This document shows positions 13,975-26,655 of a stretch of DNA of 64,000 bases, one piece after another. The DNA is taken from the NCBI RefSeq assembly GCF_018977255.1, contig NW_024704742.1, positions 133,178,001 to 133,242,000 on the forward strand, given 5' to 3'. Each line of letters opens with the position of its first letter. Position 1 is the first letter of the stretch. The position numbers were made by a program, and so were the translations under genes. The notes under the pieces were generated by a model. It worked only from the letters and a program-made list of their open reading frames with translations. It ran no database searches and was not told the DNA's origin. The stretch is from Callorhinchus milii (Eukaryota).

Positions 13975-14260
13975 TGTGTGTTCATGTTTTCCCCTTAAAT
14001 CAGTTCCTTGGGACGTCCTCCTGCCGTGAAAGGCGCTATACAAATGTAATTTTGTTGTTGTTGTTAAATGCATTGATGCTATTTACTCCAACCAAAGCTT
14101 CCAGCAGTGAGTTGCACATTCTTATCACCCTCTGTCTGAAGACTTTCCTCCTAAATTCCCTATTAGATCTACCACTGGCTATTTTGTATTCAGTTTTGGA
14201 CTCATCAACAAGTGGAAACAGCCTGTCAACATCCACCTTATCGCATCCTTTCAGAACAAA
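13975..14260 (-). mobile_element. CR1 ORF2 C-terminal fragment
   Basis: KGCDKVDVDRLFPLV...FRRKVFRQRVIRMCNSL peptide in ORF 14036..14284. Confidence 0.75.
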
Positions 14261-14556
14261 CATCTCTGTTGTGTTTCCTATCAATCTTTTTTGACAGTCA
14301 TATGGGAATTATAATAATAATCATCCCTGTATTTGATAGCATTTCATAAGTAAATACCATTAAGTGTAGAGACTCTGTATTTGCACACAAAACGTAGCTG
14401 CCAATTTGCACACAGCAATGTTCCATGAACAAGCTGGAGATGAATGATCAATATTTGTGAAGGAATGTTGGCCAGAACTCCGTGAGAAACTTCCTTCTCT
14501 CTCTGAATAGTGCCAGGGGATCTTTAACGTCATAGTTTCCTGCCTCTTGGTCTCTT

Positions 14557-14855
14557 TAATAATAATAATCCTTGCATTTGATATAGTGCTTTTCACGTCG
14601 GGAGGACGTCCCAAAGCGCTTCACAGATTATGCTGTAAAGTGTATTCACTGTATATTTGTGGGCGAACGCGGCAGCCAATTGCGCACAGTAATGTCCCAC
14701 AAACAGTCGTAGATTGAAAATGACCAATTTACTATTTTTTAAGAGATTCTTATTAGGCGTGTGGAGTAAGGAAACTTGCCCAAGGTTTCGCCCTCTGCCT
14801 GGAATTGAACCCAGGTGTCTCGCTTGCAAGGTGAGTGCTCTGAGCTACAGGACTC
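14557..14855 (-). mobile_element. SINE family A (short form, L2-type CTCCC loop)
   Basis: Tail stem-loop ggacgtc-ctccc-gacgtg identical to the young L2 loop. Confidence 0.85.
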
Positions 14856-15319
14856 CTCAGTCAGTCTCCTGTCTCTGGGCCCCTAGCTATTGGGGGCAGG
14901 GATTCTTCACACTCAGCTCCTGTTAACCCTACTATTGGGTAGAAGCAGTGGGAGGTGCTTCCAGGGCCAGGGCTTCCAATGGCAAACTGTGCATTTTTTG
15001 TTGGTTAAACTCCAGCAGTTGCTCCAATGCACATTTGTGCTAGGGTGCCCAATACTCTCTGAAATTAGATAAGCAGAGTGCATCCCTCCAGAGAGAGAGA
15101 GAGTGCATATTCCATTCCAAACTAGGGGAAATTTCCAGCCCAGGTATACACATGGAATTCTGGATAATCTTATGCCTGATGATGGGTTTTTACATGTTTC
15201 AGACATGATCAGATATGATCAATTTGGGAAGAGACTATTTTGGCACCTTTATCTAATTCCTGGGAATGTGTTCAATCCAATTACAAAGAGTAAACCCTCT
15301 GCCAATTTGTAAATAATAA

Positions 15320-15725
15320 TAGTAATAATAATAATCCTTGCATTTTATATCGTGCCTTATCACATCATCAAGATGTCTCAAAGTGCTTCACAGCATATAC
15401 TGAAAAGTAATGTGATCTTGTGTTTGTGCTCAGCAATGTCCCACAAAGAGCCACGGAGTGAGTGAGCAATTTTATTTGCGGGGATTGTTGGCCAGGACAT
15501 TGGGAGAAACTCCCTTTAATTTTCGAATAGTGCTTTGGGATCTTTAATGTCCACCTGGTCAGGCAGACAAGTTCTTGGTTTATCTTATCAGCCAAAGGAT
15601 GGCACCTCCACCACTGCATTGGAGTGTCACCTTAGCACATATGGGTTCCAAATCCAGACATGGGGTTTGACCCACAACTTCTAACTCAGAGGCGAGCGTG
15701 CTATCAATTGAGCCAGGCTGACACC
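15320..15725 (-). mobile_element. SacSINE1-like DeuSINE (family B)
   Basis: Head-to-tail minus-strand copy. Confidence 0.8.
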
Positions 15726-16711
15726 AATTTACCCTCTTTTCAACTTGTGTAGTCTTTCTCTTTGCTTCTTAGTAAAAAAAATTGAAGGAGAGACTGTATG
15801 TTCTAATAAGAACACTTTGTTTTGTAGCTGTCCAGTGCCTCGGGAGATCTTCCCAATATGAAAGTCACTATACACTATTTTGTATTTTGTAATTATGCAT
15901 TTCAGACATTATATTCATTCACTTGCTTGTACTGCATTTGTACATATGCGGGTAGTACTCCATCAATACAGCAGATGGAGCTGCTATAGGAATCAAATTA
16001 TCCTTTAAAATGTATCGTAAAGTTTTAAGAACAATGGAAACATTCTTGAAGTCAGACCCACTTTGTATGTATTCCTTAAGAAATTTGGAAAAATTTCTTA
16101 ATACGATCAAATTAAAATGTTAAAATAAGATCCTATCTGCCGGTTCAGGTGTTAAAGATGCTGTGGTGCGACTATTCATGAGATCCCTTCTCTTTTCAAG
16201 TAATGCCGTGGGATCTTTAACATCTACCTGCACATGCAGTGAGGACCTCAGTTCAAAGTCTCATTTGAAGGTCGGCATCTCCAACAATGCAGCACACCCC
16301 GAGCACTGCAATGGAGTGTCAACCTAGACGGTGAGTTCAAAGTACCATTGTGGGATTTGAATGTTTGAATGTCCACACTTTCAAAGCCCTCCACAGCTTT
16401 ACTCCTCCCTGCTCCATGTCCCCCGCCCTGCCCACCCCACCATCGCTTTCAACCTTTCTGCCTCCACCCCTTAGAACTCCATCCCACAGTCTTCACCTCG
16501 CCCCCTCCCTAATCCACTTGAAGGTCTGTCCCAAGAGATTCCTCTTCAACCGTGCTTTCGGTCTCCTTCCTACGCCTACCCTTCCTGCCCTCCACACCAC
16601 CTCATCCCCAAACCCCAGCTCGAATCCAAATTCCTGACTGTCCAGCGACTTGGGACATCCTCCCGACGTGAAAGTCGCCATACGCATTTAATTTGCTGTT
16701 GTTGTAGTTCA

Positions 16712-17410
16712 CACTGCGGCTGAAACCCTGGTTCACGCCTTTGTCACCTCAAGGCTGGACTATGGGAACTTTCTCCTCGTCGGCCTTCCCGCCACCTCCC
16801 TCCACAAGCTGCAGGTCATTCAGAACTCTGCAGCTCGTGTACTGTCCCGCACCAGGCTTCGGGACCACATCACTCCCACCCTCACTCGCCTCCACTGGCT
16901 CCCCATCCCCCAGAGGATTGATTTCAAGATCCTCATCCTCACCTACAAGGCCATTCACGGCCTTGCTCCCTCCTATCTTTCCGACCTACTATCCCCCTAC
17001 TTACCTGCCCGTACCCTCCGTTCCTCTGGCTCCGGTCTGCTCCACATCCCCCGCCCCAACCGCCCTACCATCGATGACTGGGCCTACAGCCTCTCAGCCC
17101 CAAGGCTCTGGAACTCCATCCCCCAGTGCCTTCGCCTTGCCTCCTCCCTTTCCTCCTTCAAGGCCGGTCTCAAAACCTTTCTCTTTGACCGAGCCTTCAG
17201 CTCCCCTCTCGACTCTCTACCCCCTCCTCGCTCCCTCCCTTCCCTCCCCTCACCCTGACCATTTCCCCCTCCTCGCTCCCTCCCTTCCCTCCCCTCACCC
17301 TGACCATTTCCCCCCTGCTCGGGTCCTGACCCAACTGTACAGCGCCTTGGGACGTCCTCCCGACGTAAAAGGCGCTCTATAAATGGAATCTTGTTGTTGT
17401 TGTTGTTGTT
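16712..17410 (+). mobile_element. Young L2 3' fragment, two copies of the 45-nt 3' unit
   Basis: Reverse complement of 17686-18420; ends in (TTG)n. Confidence 0.9.
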
Positions 17411-17685
17411 GAGTGAACAGGGTGGTAGGGGGTTAGGAGGTCAGAGAGGTAGTGGGGAGCAAGACTGTGGAGGGCTTTGAAGGTGAGGATCAGGATCTTG
17501 AATTGTATCTTCTGTGTGATGGGAAGCCAGTGGAGTTGGGCAAGGATGGGGGTGATAGGGTCGTGGAGCCTAGTGCGGGAAAAGACACAGGCTGCAGAGT
17601 TCTGGATGATCTGCAGCTTGAGGAGGGAGGAATTGGGGAGGCCGACTAGCAGTGAGTTTGCATAGTCGAGCCTCGATGTAATGAA

Positions 17686-20537
17686 CAACAACAACAAGAT
17701 TCCATTTATAGAGCGCCTTTCACGTCAGGAGGACGTCCCAAGGCGCTGCACAGTTGGGTCATGACCCGAGCATTGGGGGGAAATGGTCAGGGTGAGGGGA
17801 GGGAAGGGAGGGAGCGAGGAGGGGGGAAATGGTCAGGGTGAGGGGAGGGAAGGGAGGGAGAGAGGAGGGGGGAAATGGTCAGGGTGAGGGGAGGGAAGGG
17901 AGGGAGCGAGGAGGAGGAAGAGAGTCGAGAGGGGAGCTGAAGGCACGGTCAAAGAGAAAGGTTTTGAGACCGGCCTTGAAGGAGGAAAGGGAGGAAGCAA
18001 GGCGAAGGCACTGGGGGATGGAGTTCCAGAGCCTCGGGGCTGAGAGGCTGAAGGCCCGACCACCGATAGTAGGGCGGTTGGGGCGGGGGACGTGGAGCAG
18101 ACCGGAGCCAGAGGAACGGAGGGTACGGGCAGGTAGGTAGGGGGATAGTAGGTTGGAGAGGTAGGAGGGAGCAAGGCCGTGAATGGCCTTGTAGGTGAGG
18201 ATGAGGATCTTGAAATCAATCCTCTGGGGGATGGGGAGCCAGTGGAGGCGAGCGAGGGTAGGAGTGATGTGGTCCCGAAGCCTGGTGCGGGACAGTACAC
18301 GAGCTGCAGAGTTCTGAATGACCTGCAGCTTGTGGAGGGAGGTGGCGGGAAGGCCGGCGAGGAGAGAGTTCCCATAGTCCAGCCTTGAGGTGACAAAGGC
18401 GTGAACCAGGGTTTCAGCAGCGTGAGGGGTGAGGTAGTGCCGTAATCTGGCGATATTCCGGAGGTGATGGAAGGCGGTGCCAGTTGTGGTGCGGATGTGA
18501 GGGAGAAAGGACAGCTCAGGGTCGAACAAAACGCCGAGGTTCCTGACTGGCTTTGAGAGGTGGAGAGTGCAGCCTTGGATGCTGATGGTGTCAGCGCCTG
18601 AGGTGCGGAGGCGCTGACGTGAGCCAATCAGGAGGGCCTCGGTTTTTCGCACGTTGAGCTGAAGAAAGTTGTCTCTCGTCCAGGACTCGATGTCGGACAG
18701 GCAGGCTGTCAGGACATCGGTGGTCGTGGAGTTGAGAGTAGAGGAGGAAAGGTAGAGTTGGGTGTCATCCGCATACATGTGGAAGTTAACCCCATGTTTG
18801 CGGATGATGTCACCGAGGGGGAGCATATAGAGGGTGAAGAGGAGGGGACCGAGGACAGAGCCCTGAGGGACACCACATGAGACAGTACGGGGGGTGGAGG
18901 AGAAGCCATTCGTTGAGACGAAGTGAAGACGGTGGGAAAGGTAAGAGCTAAACCATTCAAGGACAGTGCCTTGAAGGTTGAGGTGGGAGGACAAGCGGTG
19001 GAGTAGGATAGCGTGGTCGACCGTATCGAATGCTGCCGATAGGTCGAGGAGGACGAGGAGACAGAGGGAGCCCTGGTCACAGATGGTCAGGATATCATTG
19101 GTGACCTTGACCAGGGCAGTTTCTGTGCTATGAGCAGCACGGAAACCTGACTGAAGGGGTTCAAAAGAGAATGGGTGGAGAGGAAAGAGCGCAGTTGGGA
19201 GGCGACAACTCTTTCCAAGACCTTGGAGAGAAAGGGGAGGTTGGAGATGGGCCGGTAGCTTGATAGCTGCGACGCATCAAGGGAGGGTTTTTTCAGGGTG
19301 GGCGTGATGATGGCAGTTTTTAATGGAATGGGGACAGAGCCAGAGGAGAGGGACAGGTTTATGATGTCAGTGATGTGTGGGGCAAGAAAATGGAGCTGGG
19401 AGATAAGGAGTGGAGTGGGGATGGGGTCAAGGGAGCAGGTGGTTGGTTTTAGGGATAGGATGAGTTCAGTGACAGAGGGTGGGGAAACGGGTACGAAGGT
19501 GTGTAGGGGAGGATGGGTAGGAGTCGGAGTGTGGGAGGGAAGGGGTGGGTGGTGGGTGGAAGTTGGAGGGGAAGTGACCGCGGAGCGGATTCCCTTGATC
19601 TTGGATTCAAGGAAATCCAGCATCTCCTCGCAGTGAAGGTTGGAGGAGATGACCTGCGCGGGGTGGCGGGGGGGACGGAGGAGTCGGGATGTGGTGGAAA
19701 ACAGTAGCCTGGGGTTGTTCTTCGCCTCCAGGATTATCCTGGAGTAGAAGGACGACTTGGCCGAGGCTAGAGTGGAGCGGTAAATTTTGAGGAGGTCCAG
19801 CCAGATTTGTCGGTGGACCGTTAAGCCGGATTTGACAAAGGTGCGCTCAGCAGCCCGCACCTGGCATTTCAGTGAGCGGAGGTGGGTGGTGTACCAGGGG
19901 GAGGAGCGGGAGTAGGAGACAGTGCGGGAAGTGATGGGGGCAAGAGTATCGAGTGTGGAGGAGAGGATATTGTGGAGGAGGGAGAGAGGAGAAGAGGGGT
20001 CGGTGAGGGTTGAAGGCCAGAGGGAGAGGAGTTCAGAGGACTCCAAGGCATCGGTTAGGGATTGTGGGGGTAACTTCTTCCAAGGGCGGTAGAAGATGGT
20101 GGTGGGTCTGGTGGAGGTGGGGAGGGGGGTGGAGGTGGTGAAGGAGATGAAGTAGTGGTCGGAGATGGCCTTGTCGGTAATAGTGACATCCGAGACACTG
20201 AGGCCCCGGGTGATCACCAAATCGAGTGGGTGGCCGTGACTGTGAGTGGGGGAGTTTATGTGTAGGGAAAGGTTGAGTGAGGAGAGCAGGGAAGAGAAGT
20301 CTGTGGAGATGGAGCAGGAGGGGGTGAAGTGTAGGTTAAAGTCGCCCAGGATGATGAGGCGATCAGAGGAGAGGCAAAGAGATGTGAGGAGTGTTGAAAT
20401 GTCAGAGATGAAGGTGGGAGAGGTTTTAGGGGGCCGGTAGAGGAGGAGGATTTTAAGGGAGAGGAATGAGGGGTGGGAGAGGGTGAGGTGCTCGAAGGAG
20501 GGGAAAGAGCCAGAGGAGTAGGGGGATAGGGCAAGTG
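17686..20537 (-). mobile_element. Young L2 LINE, 5'-truncated within the endonuclease domain, with 3' UTR and (TTG)n tail
   Basis: APE motifs (YRPP, GDFN, LD, SDH) and RT motifs ([49 protein letters not shown]). L2-type C-terminus (LHWLPI..RIDFKI) and 3' stem-loop. Confidence 0.95.
17879..20535 (-). pseudogene. L2 ORF2 (partial APE endonuclease + reverse transcriptase) with one frameshift near 19163-19166
   Basis: ORFs 19087..20220 and 17879..18994 join if one T is restored in the T-run ([12 protein letters not shown]). I found no in-frame stops otherwise. Confidence 0.9.
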
Positions 20538-22819
20538 GTGTCCTTGAGACACCAAAGTACGTATAAGGGTTTCGGCGGCCTGCAGTGTGAGACAGTGTCG
20601 GAGCCGGGCGATGTTGTGGAGGTGGAGGAAGGCAGAGCGGGTCACGGCGCAGATGTGGAGTAGAAAGAATAGATGAGGGTCAAACAAGACCCCAAGGTTC
20701 CAGACTGGCTTAGCAAGGTGGAGGGTGCAAACATGGATGGTGATGCTGTCATCGCCTGAGGTGAGGAGGTGCTGACGGGAGCCAATCAGGAGGGCCTTGG
20801 TCTTGTTGATGTTCAACGGAAGAAAGTTAGTTCTCATCCAGTACAATTCAGTAAAGCACTTCACAGGAAAGTCTAGCGACTACATTTTGTAGGCAAATGT
20901 GGCAGCTAATTTACTCACAGCTAAGTCCCAGTCCCACAAGTGGTCGATGAAGTGAAAGCTCAATTTGTATCTAGGGGACTGCTGGCCAGGACACCAGGTG
21001 AAACTCCCTTTGATTCTCGGATAGTGTTGAGCCAATTATTTCATCTTTCGGTTCAGGTTTTCAACCAAGTCTCGTTAGCTTGCTCACGTGGAGCTATTCC
21101 ACATAACGTCAAGGGAGTTCCCTTACAAGCGTCATTAGCCAATATTGTTCCCTCATCAATTAGATTAATCCTTCATTGTAGTTTGTGGAACGTTTCTGGC
21201 ACACATTAGCTGCTGCTTGTTTTTCATATACACAAAATACAAGTCGTTACAATTCAAAGTAACTCCTGTGAAGCACTTTGAGACCTGAATAACATGATAA
21301 GAAGCTATATAAAATATAAGGATTATTATCATTATTGAGCTCATAGAAGTGAGCTGACTGTAGTGAAAGAGTAAAATGACAAATGACTGTGGTTGTAAGA
21401 TCATAAGACTGGTGTAGATGAGAAAGGCCCTTTGGCGTGATCTGATCTCAATTCTCCAGAAAACTTACTCTACTATACCCTCGTCTGCCATCACTGCATC
21501 AAGCTGCTTTTTAAATGAATCCAGTCTTCTGGCCTCCATCACTTACCCTGGCAGCCTGTTCCAGTTGTTGATTACCATCTGCATAAAGAAAAGCTTTATT
21601 GGTATCTGTCCTGAAGTTGCTTTTACTCTAAAATAATCCACCGGCTCTTCTTTGCTGTAAGGTCACGTGTTTCAATCCTTGGCCAGACATCACCCAGCCA
21701 TTGATGTAATTGTGGAGGCCAGAGCTGTGATTGACAAATGGGCAGAGCTCTATATCTCACTGAGAGGCCAGTAACAGCATCAACCAAAAGGACCATTTGA
21801 CTTAATGTCTGGGTTTCTTTCATTTAAAAAAAACTACTTAAAGGAATTCAATGGGCAAAATAATTTTTAAAAAAAAAACAAGGTACTGGAAAAGGCAAGA
21901 GAATGAGACTAAATGCATAGCGCTTTAGAAACGTCAGGTTGGGCTCCCATTAACCATGCAAGCCAAAGCCCAAAAGTGTAAGGTGGTCCTAGTTGGACAA
22001 GCAGCAGGGCTCTCAATGGAAAGCCATGTGATCGTCTTGCTTAAACTCCAGGGCACACTTTGTGGTTCCCAAGCGTCCCTTAGTGGTTTGCACCTTGGAC
22101 TGTCCAGTTGGTGGGGGGAGTGGGGGTTTGGGGGATGGTGGGCGAGGAGGATGAGGAGGATGGCCGACATTGAGGGCAAAGAGGAAGGTCTTCAGGTAGA
22201 CTTGAAGGAGGTGAGGGAATGGGTGAGACGAAGGGACTCCAGGATGGACCTTGGTTTACCATTTCATCTAAAGCATTGCATCTCATCCCTGAGTCAGAAA
22301 CTTAATTCAAGCCCCATGTTACGAATTTTAGAGCATAGTCTAGGTGAACATCAGTGCAGTGCATTGGAGTGACAGTGTAGACTGTGTGAGTTTAAAGTCC
22401 CGACGGGAAAGGCAGCAAATATAGTGTATCATTTCGTCTGGTACAGATATATTTATAATCTGAGTAATGGCAATGATTCAAAGTAGACCTAGAATGGTTG
22501 ACAGAAAATTTATGCCCCAGAGAAATTTGGCAACCAAGTCACATGCACAAAAGGAATCCCTTGCTTGTGATAGTCCTGATTGGTGAGCACAGGCTAGATA
22601 TTAAAATACTTGGGCAGTTTGCCACTAGAGAGAAGAGCAGCTGAGACTGAATCCAAATGTGATCTAAAATTGACCTCTTGCAGTAACCTATAATCATAAT
22701 AATAATCCTGGTGTTTGATATGCCAATTTGCGCACAGCAATGTCTCACAAACAGCCAACAAGCGAAACGTCAATTTTATCTGGAGTAATGTGTTACATGC
22801 AGGCCTGGCTCAGATGGTT

Positions 22820-23010
22820 GTACAGTTGGTGGAAACAGATTCAATAACAGCTTTCAAAAGGGAATTAGATAGATATTTGAGAAAGAAAAATTTGCAAGAT
22901 TATGGGAAAAGAGCAGGGGAGTGGGAGTGATTGGGCAGCTCTTCCAAAGAGCCGGCCCAGGCACGATGGGCCGAATGGCCTCTTTCAGTGTTCTAATATT
23001 CTATGATTCT
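22820..23010 (+). mobile_element. CR1 3' end
   Basis: VETDSITAFKRELDRYLRKKNLQDYGKRAGEWE* followed by gggccgaatggcc and attctatgattcta tail. Confidence 0.8.
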
Positions 23011-23984
23011 ACGCTTGCCTCTAAGTCAGAAGGTTCTGGGTTCGAGCCCGGCATTTGGGACTTTGACCGCATGATTATAGAATAATATTAATAATCCTTG
23101 CTTCACAGAATATGTTGTAGAGTGAATTGACTGTATATTTTGTGGACAAAATGCACAATTGGTTGCCGCATTTTGCCCACGGTAGTGTCGCACAAACAGT
23201 TGTGGATTGAGTGACCAAATTATTTATTATTTTTTTGGAAGGCAAAAGCAAAAAAATGATCTGCCAATCGACTAACAACCAGGTTCCTACTTACTGCTAG
23301 GTAAACAGAGGCATGTGGAGTAAGGAAACTTGCCTAACTTTTCGTCCTGCCTGGGAATCAAAATCAGGTCCCCTCGCTTGTGAGGCGAGTGCTCTCATCA
23401 ATTCGCTACAGGACTCCATAGAGTGAATCTTGCATTGTGAAATCCTAATGCTGTGGTAGCAGTTTCTACAACTTAATGTGCTCCATTATAATCGTGAAAT
23501 AACATAATCTTTCCTGCGGTGTTGAAGCCATGTTTTTCTAATATTGCCGCGGTGAAGACAAGACGGTTGGGAGAAAAACCGCAGACAAAGTGATAAAGAG
23601 CATTTGTACCTTGTTTCTCTGTGTGGCACGTTGCCTGATAAATCTTCGTGTCTGACTCAGTTCCTGCTCCAGCTGGCTACCGCATAGCCACGTGGAGCAC
23701 AAGAGCCTGATGTATTCCAGGCCATACTGAGAGTCACAATGTGCTGGCTTCCAACCAAATACTTTGGATTTACCAATCCTTGAAATTGATACGGCTCCTG
23801 ATAACGCCTTGATCCACTTTATGGGAAATGGCTGGCAACTGTAGTCACTGTGCACTTTTTAGGCAAAAGAGAGAGCTATCTCATGCACAGCGAGGTCCTG
23901 TTGGAGAGAATGATCTGTTTACCTGGAGTATTTTTGGCAGGACACTGGGATAAACTCCCTTCTGTTTTCATGGGATCCAGACAT

Positions 23985-24765
23985 CAAGTCCTGGATGAGA
24001 GCTTTCTTCAGTTGAATGTCAACAAGACCAAGGTCCTCCTGATTATCACCTCAAGTGCTGACAGCATCACCATCCAAGGATGCACACTCCACCTTGCTAA
24101 GCCATTCCAGAACCTTGGCGTTTTGTTTAACCCTTAACTATCTACCCCACATCTGCGCCATGACCCGCTCTGTCTTCCCCCACCTCGGCAACATCGCCCA
24201 GCTCTGCCTCCCCAACTCCTCCCTCCATAGGCTTCAGATCATCCAGAACCCTGCAGCCCTTGTCCTCTCCTGCACAAAGCTCCATGACCCTATCATCCCC
24301 ACCCTCGCCCAACTCTACTGACTTCCTATCACACAGAGGATACAGTTCAAGATTCTGGTCCTCACCTTCAAATCCCTCCATGGTCTTGCTCCCCCTACCT
24401 CTGCAACTTCCTAACCCACTACCATCCTGCTCACTCCCTCCGCTCAGCAGGCTCCAGCCTGCTTCACATCCCCCGCCTCACCCATCCCACCATTGGGGGG
24501 CAGGCCTCCAGCCCCTCTGCCCCCACCCTCTGGAACTCCACTGCGCACTTTCTCCACCTTGCTCCCTCCTTTGCCTCCTTCAAGATCCATTTCAAGACTC
24601 TCCTCTTCAACCGTGCCTTCGATCACTTTCTTTCCGCCCCTGCCCTCCATTCTCCCCGATCCTGACTCGCAGCTCGGATCGATAACACTGATTGTCCAGC
24701 GCCTTGGGACATCCTCGTGACGTGAAAGATGCTATACAAGTGTAGTTTTGTTGTTGTTTTTGTTG
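23985..24765 (+). mobile_element. Decayed L2 3' fragment
   Basis: [24 protein letters not shown] remnants, 3' stem-loop and TTG tail. Confidence 0.8.
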
Positions 24766-26136
24766 TTCAATCTGAACAGGCAACCAAGATCTCAGTATGT
24801 AGGTAATAATCCCTCAAAAAAAATATTTGGTCATTCAGTCCATGACTATTTATGGGACACTGCTGCATTTCACCCGCAGAATACAGTCTTTACAATACAT
24901 TCTGTGAAGCGCATTGAAATATATCAACAACGTGAAAAGACGCTATATCGAATTCAAGGATTTATTATTATGATTTATAGAATAATTCCTACAACAATTT
25001 GGAGCTCCCCAAACGCTGGAATAGAGTTTCAACCTGGGCCCAACATGAGGTTTGAATGCATCACAAGCAGGAGTGCAACCAACTGAATCAAACTGACGTA
25101 ATAAATAATAATAATAATAGTCCTTGCAGTTCATATAGCACCTTATCACGTTGTTGAAACCTCATAAAGGGTTTCACATGGTTCATTGTAAATTGTATTG
25201 ACTAAGTATTTATGTGGCAACTAATTGCACACAGCAGTGATTCCACAAAGAGCCATGAAGTGAACGATCAATTTTATCTGTGGAATTCTAGGCTATGACG
25301 CCAGGAGAAACTCCAGTCTCTTTCTGAAAAGTACCATTTAACAAGAACAACAAATTGCACTTTATATAGCACTTTTCACATCAAGTAAGATGTCCCAAGG
25401 TGCTGGACAGTTGAAGCACAAATTAATAAGAAATGGAGGAGATGTGGCAGGAGAGCGAGGTGAGAAAGAAAAAAGGGAAAGCAAATAAAAAAGAGGGGTG
25501 GGGGAGAAGCTTATAGAATAAAAAGGAAACTTAGAGAGAAAGTCAAGAATGACAGCACGGAACAAGACTAAAAGTAACAACTGAGAAACAACAACAACTT
25601 GCATTTATGTAGCGCACTTAACAAGGGATAGCGTCTCAGAGCACTTATAAGAATAATAATAGTAATCCTTGCATTTGATATAGCGCCTTATCACATCATT
25701 GGGACGTCTCAAAAGGCTCAATTGACTGTGTATTTTGTGGGTGAAACGTGGCAACCAGTTGCATACAGCTGTATCCCACAAACATTGATTGAGTGACCAA
25801 TTTTTTGAGGGCTTATTACCCCAGTAAAGCGATTTGCCAATTGGGCCAGGTTCCTGATTACTGCAAGATCAACAGAGTCGTGTGGAGTAAGGAAACTTGT
25901 CTATGGTTTTGTCCACATGGGAATCGAACCCGGGTCCTCTCACTTGTGGGTCCTACACTATGGAACTCCAGAAAGCTTAAAAACAAAAAAAGGCAACAAA
26001 GCAAGTAAGAACTATATGTTTAGCATAGAACCTTGGAATGCTCCAATAGAAAGTTTTGGGGTGTATATAGCCAATGTGCCCCAGAACAATTTCTAGCAAA
26101 AATAGTGGGTACACATTATGTACAGGAAGAGATGAA

Positions 26137-26324
26137 ACAACAACAAGATTTCATTTATAGAGCGCCTTTCACGTCGGGAGGACGTCCCAAGGCGCTGGAC
26201 AGTTGGGTCAGGACTCGAGCAGGGGGAAAATGGTCAGGGTGAGGGGAGGGAAGGGAGGGAGCGAGGAGGGGGTAGAGAGTCGAGAGGGGAGCTGAAGGCA
26301 TGGTCGAAGAGAAAGGTTTTGAGA
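26137..26324 (-). mobile_element. Young L2 3'-end insertion (absent from the paralogous site near 28430)
   Basis: Tail plus 3' UTR. Short ACAA duplication at the ends. Empty site is visible in the duplicate copy. Confidence 0.85.
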
Positions 26325-26655
26325 CAAATAAGTAAAGGTCGTGAGCCCAATAAATTCCATTTGTCAAAATCACTTCAACAAGTCAAACAGGTCAAAACAC
26401 TTGAGAAGAAGACACAGGAGGTTGGCAGCAATCCCATCTGATAGTTCGAGATAGGATTGAAATTTGAGCAGATTATTAGTTACTGAACTCTGAAATTGGA
26501 TTACTGGCTCTCATGCTGTGCCAAACATCAGAATATTTTTTGGGGAAAAAAAACTTTGCTTCTTGGATGTAAGTCAGCCTGGTAGCACACACTAAGTCAG
26601 AAAGTTTTGGGTTCAAAGCACACATTGGGACTTTGAACTCATAGTCTCGGCTGAC

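Larger units (their letters stand above)
17411..20845 (-). mobile_element. Older L2 fragment (17411-17685 and about 20560-20845) interrupted by the 2.85 kb L2
   Basis: The flanks join as in the uninterrupted relative at 26940-27230 (gatgtaatgaa...gtataagggttt...gtgtgagacag). Confidence 0.8.

Noticed and set aside
16741..17382. Pro/Ser-rich 213-aa ORF (and similar ORFs at 2072, 17833, 51359)
   Set aside because: Alternative reading frames of L2 ORF2 and its 3' UTR.
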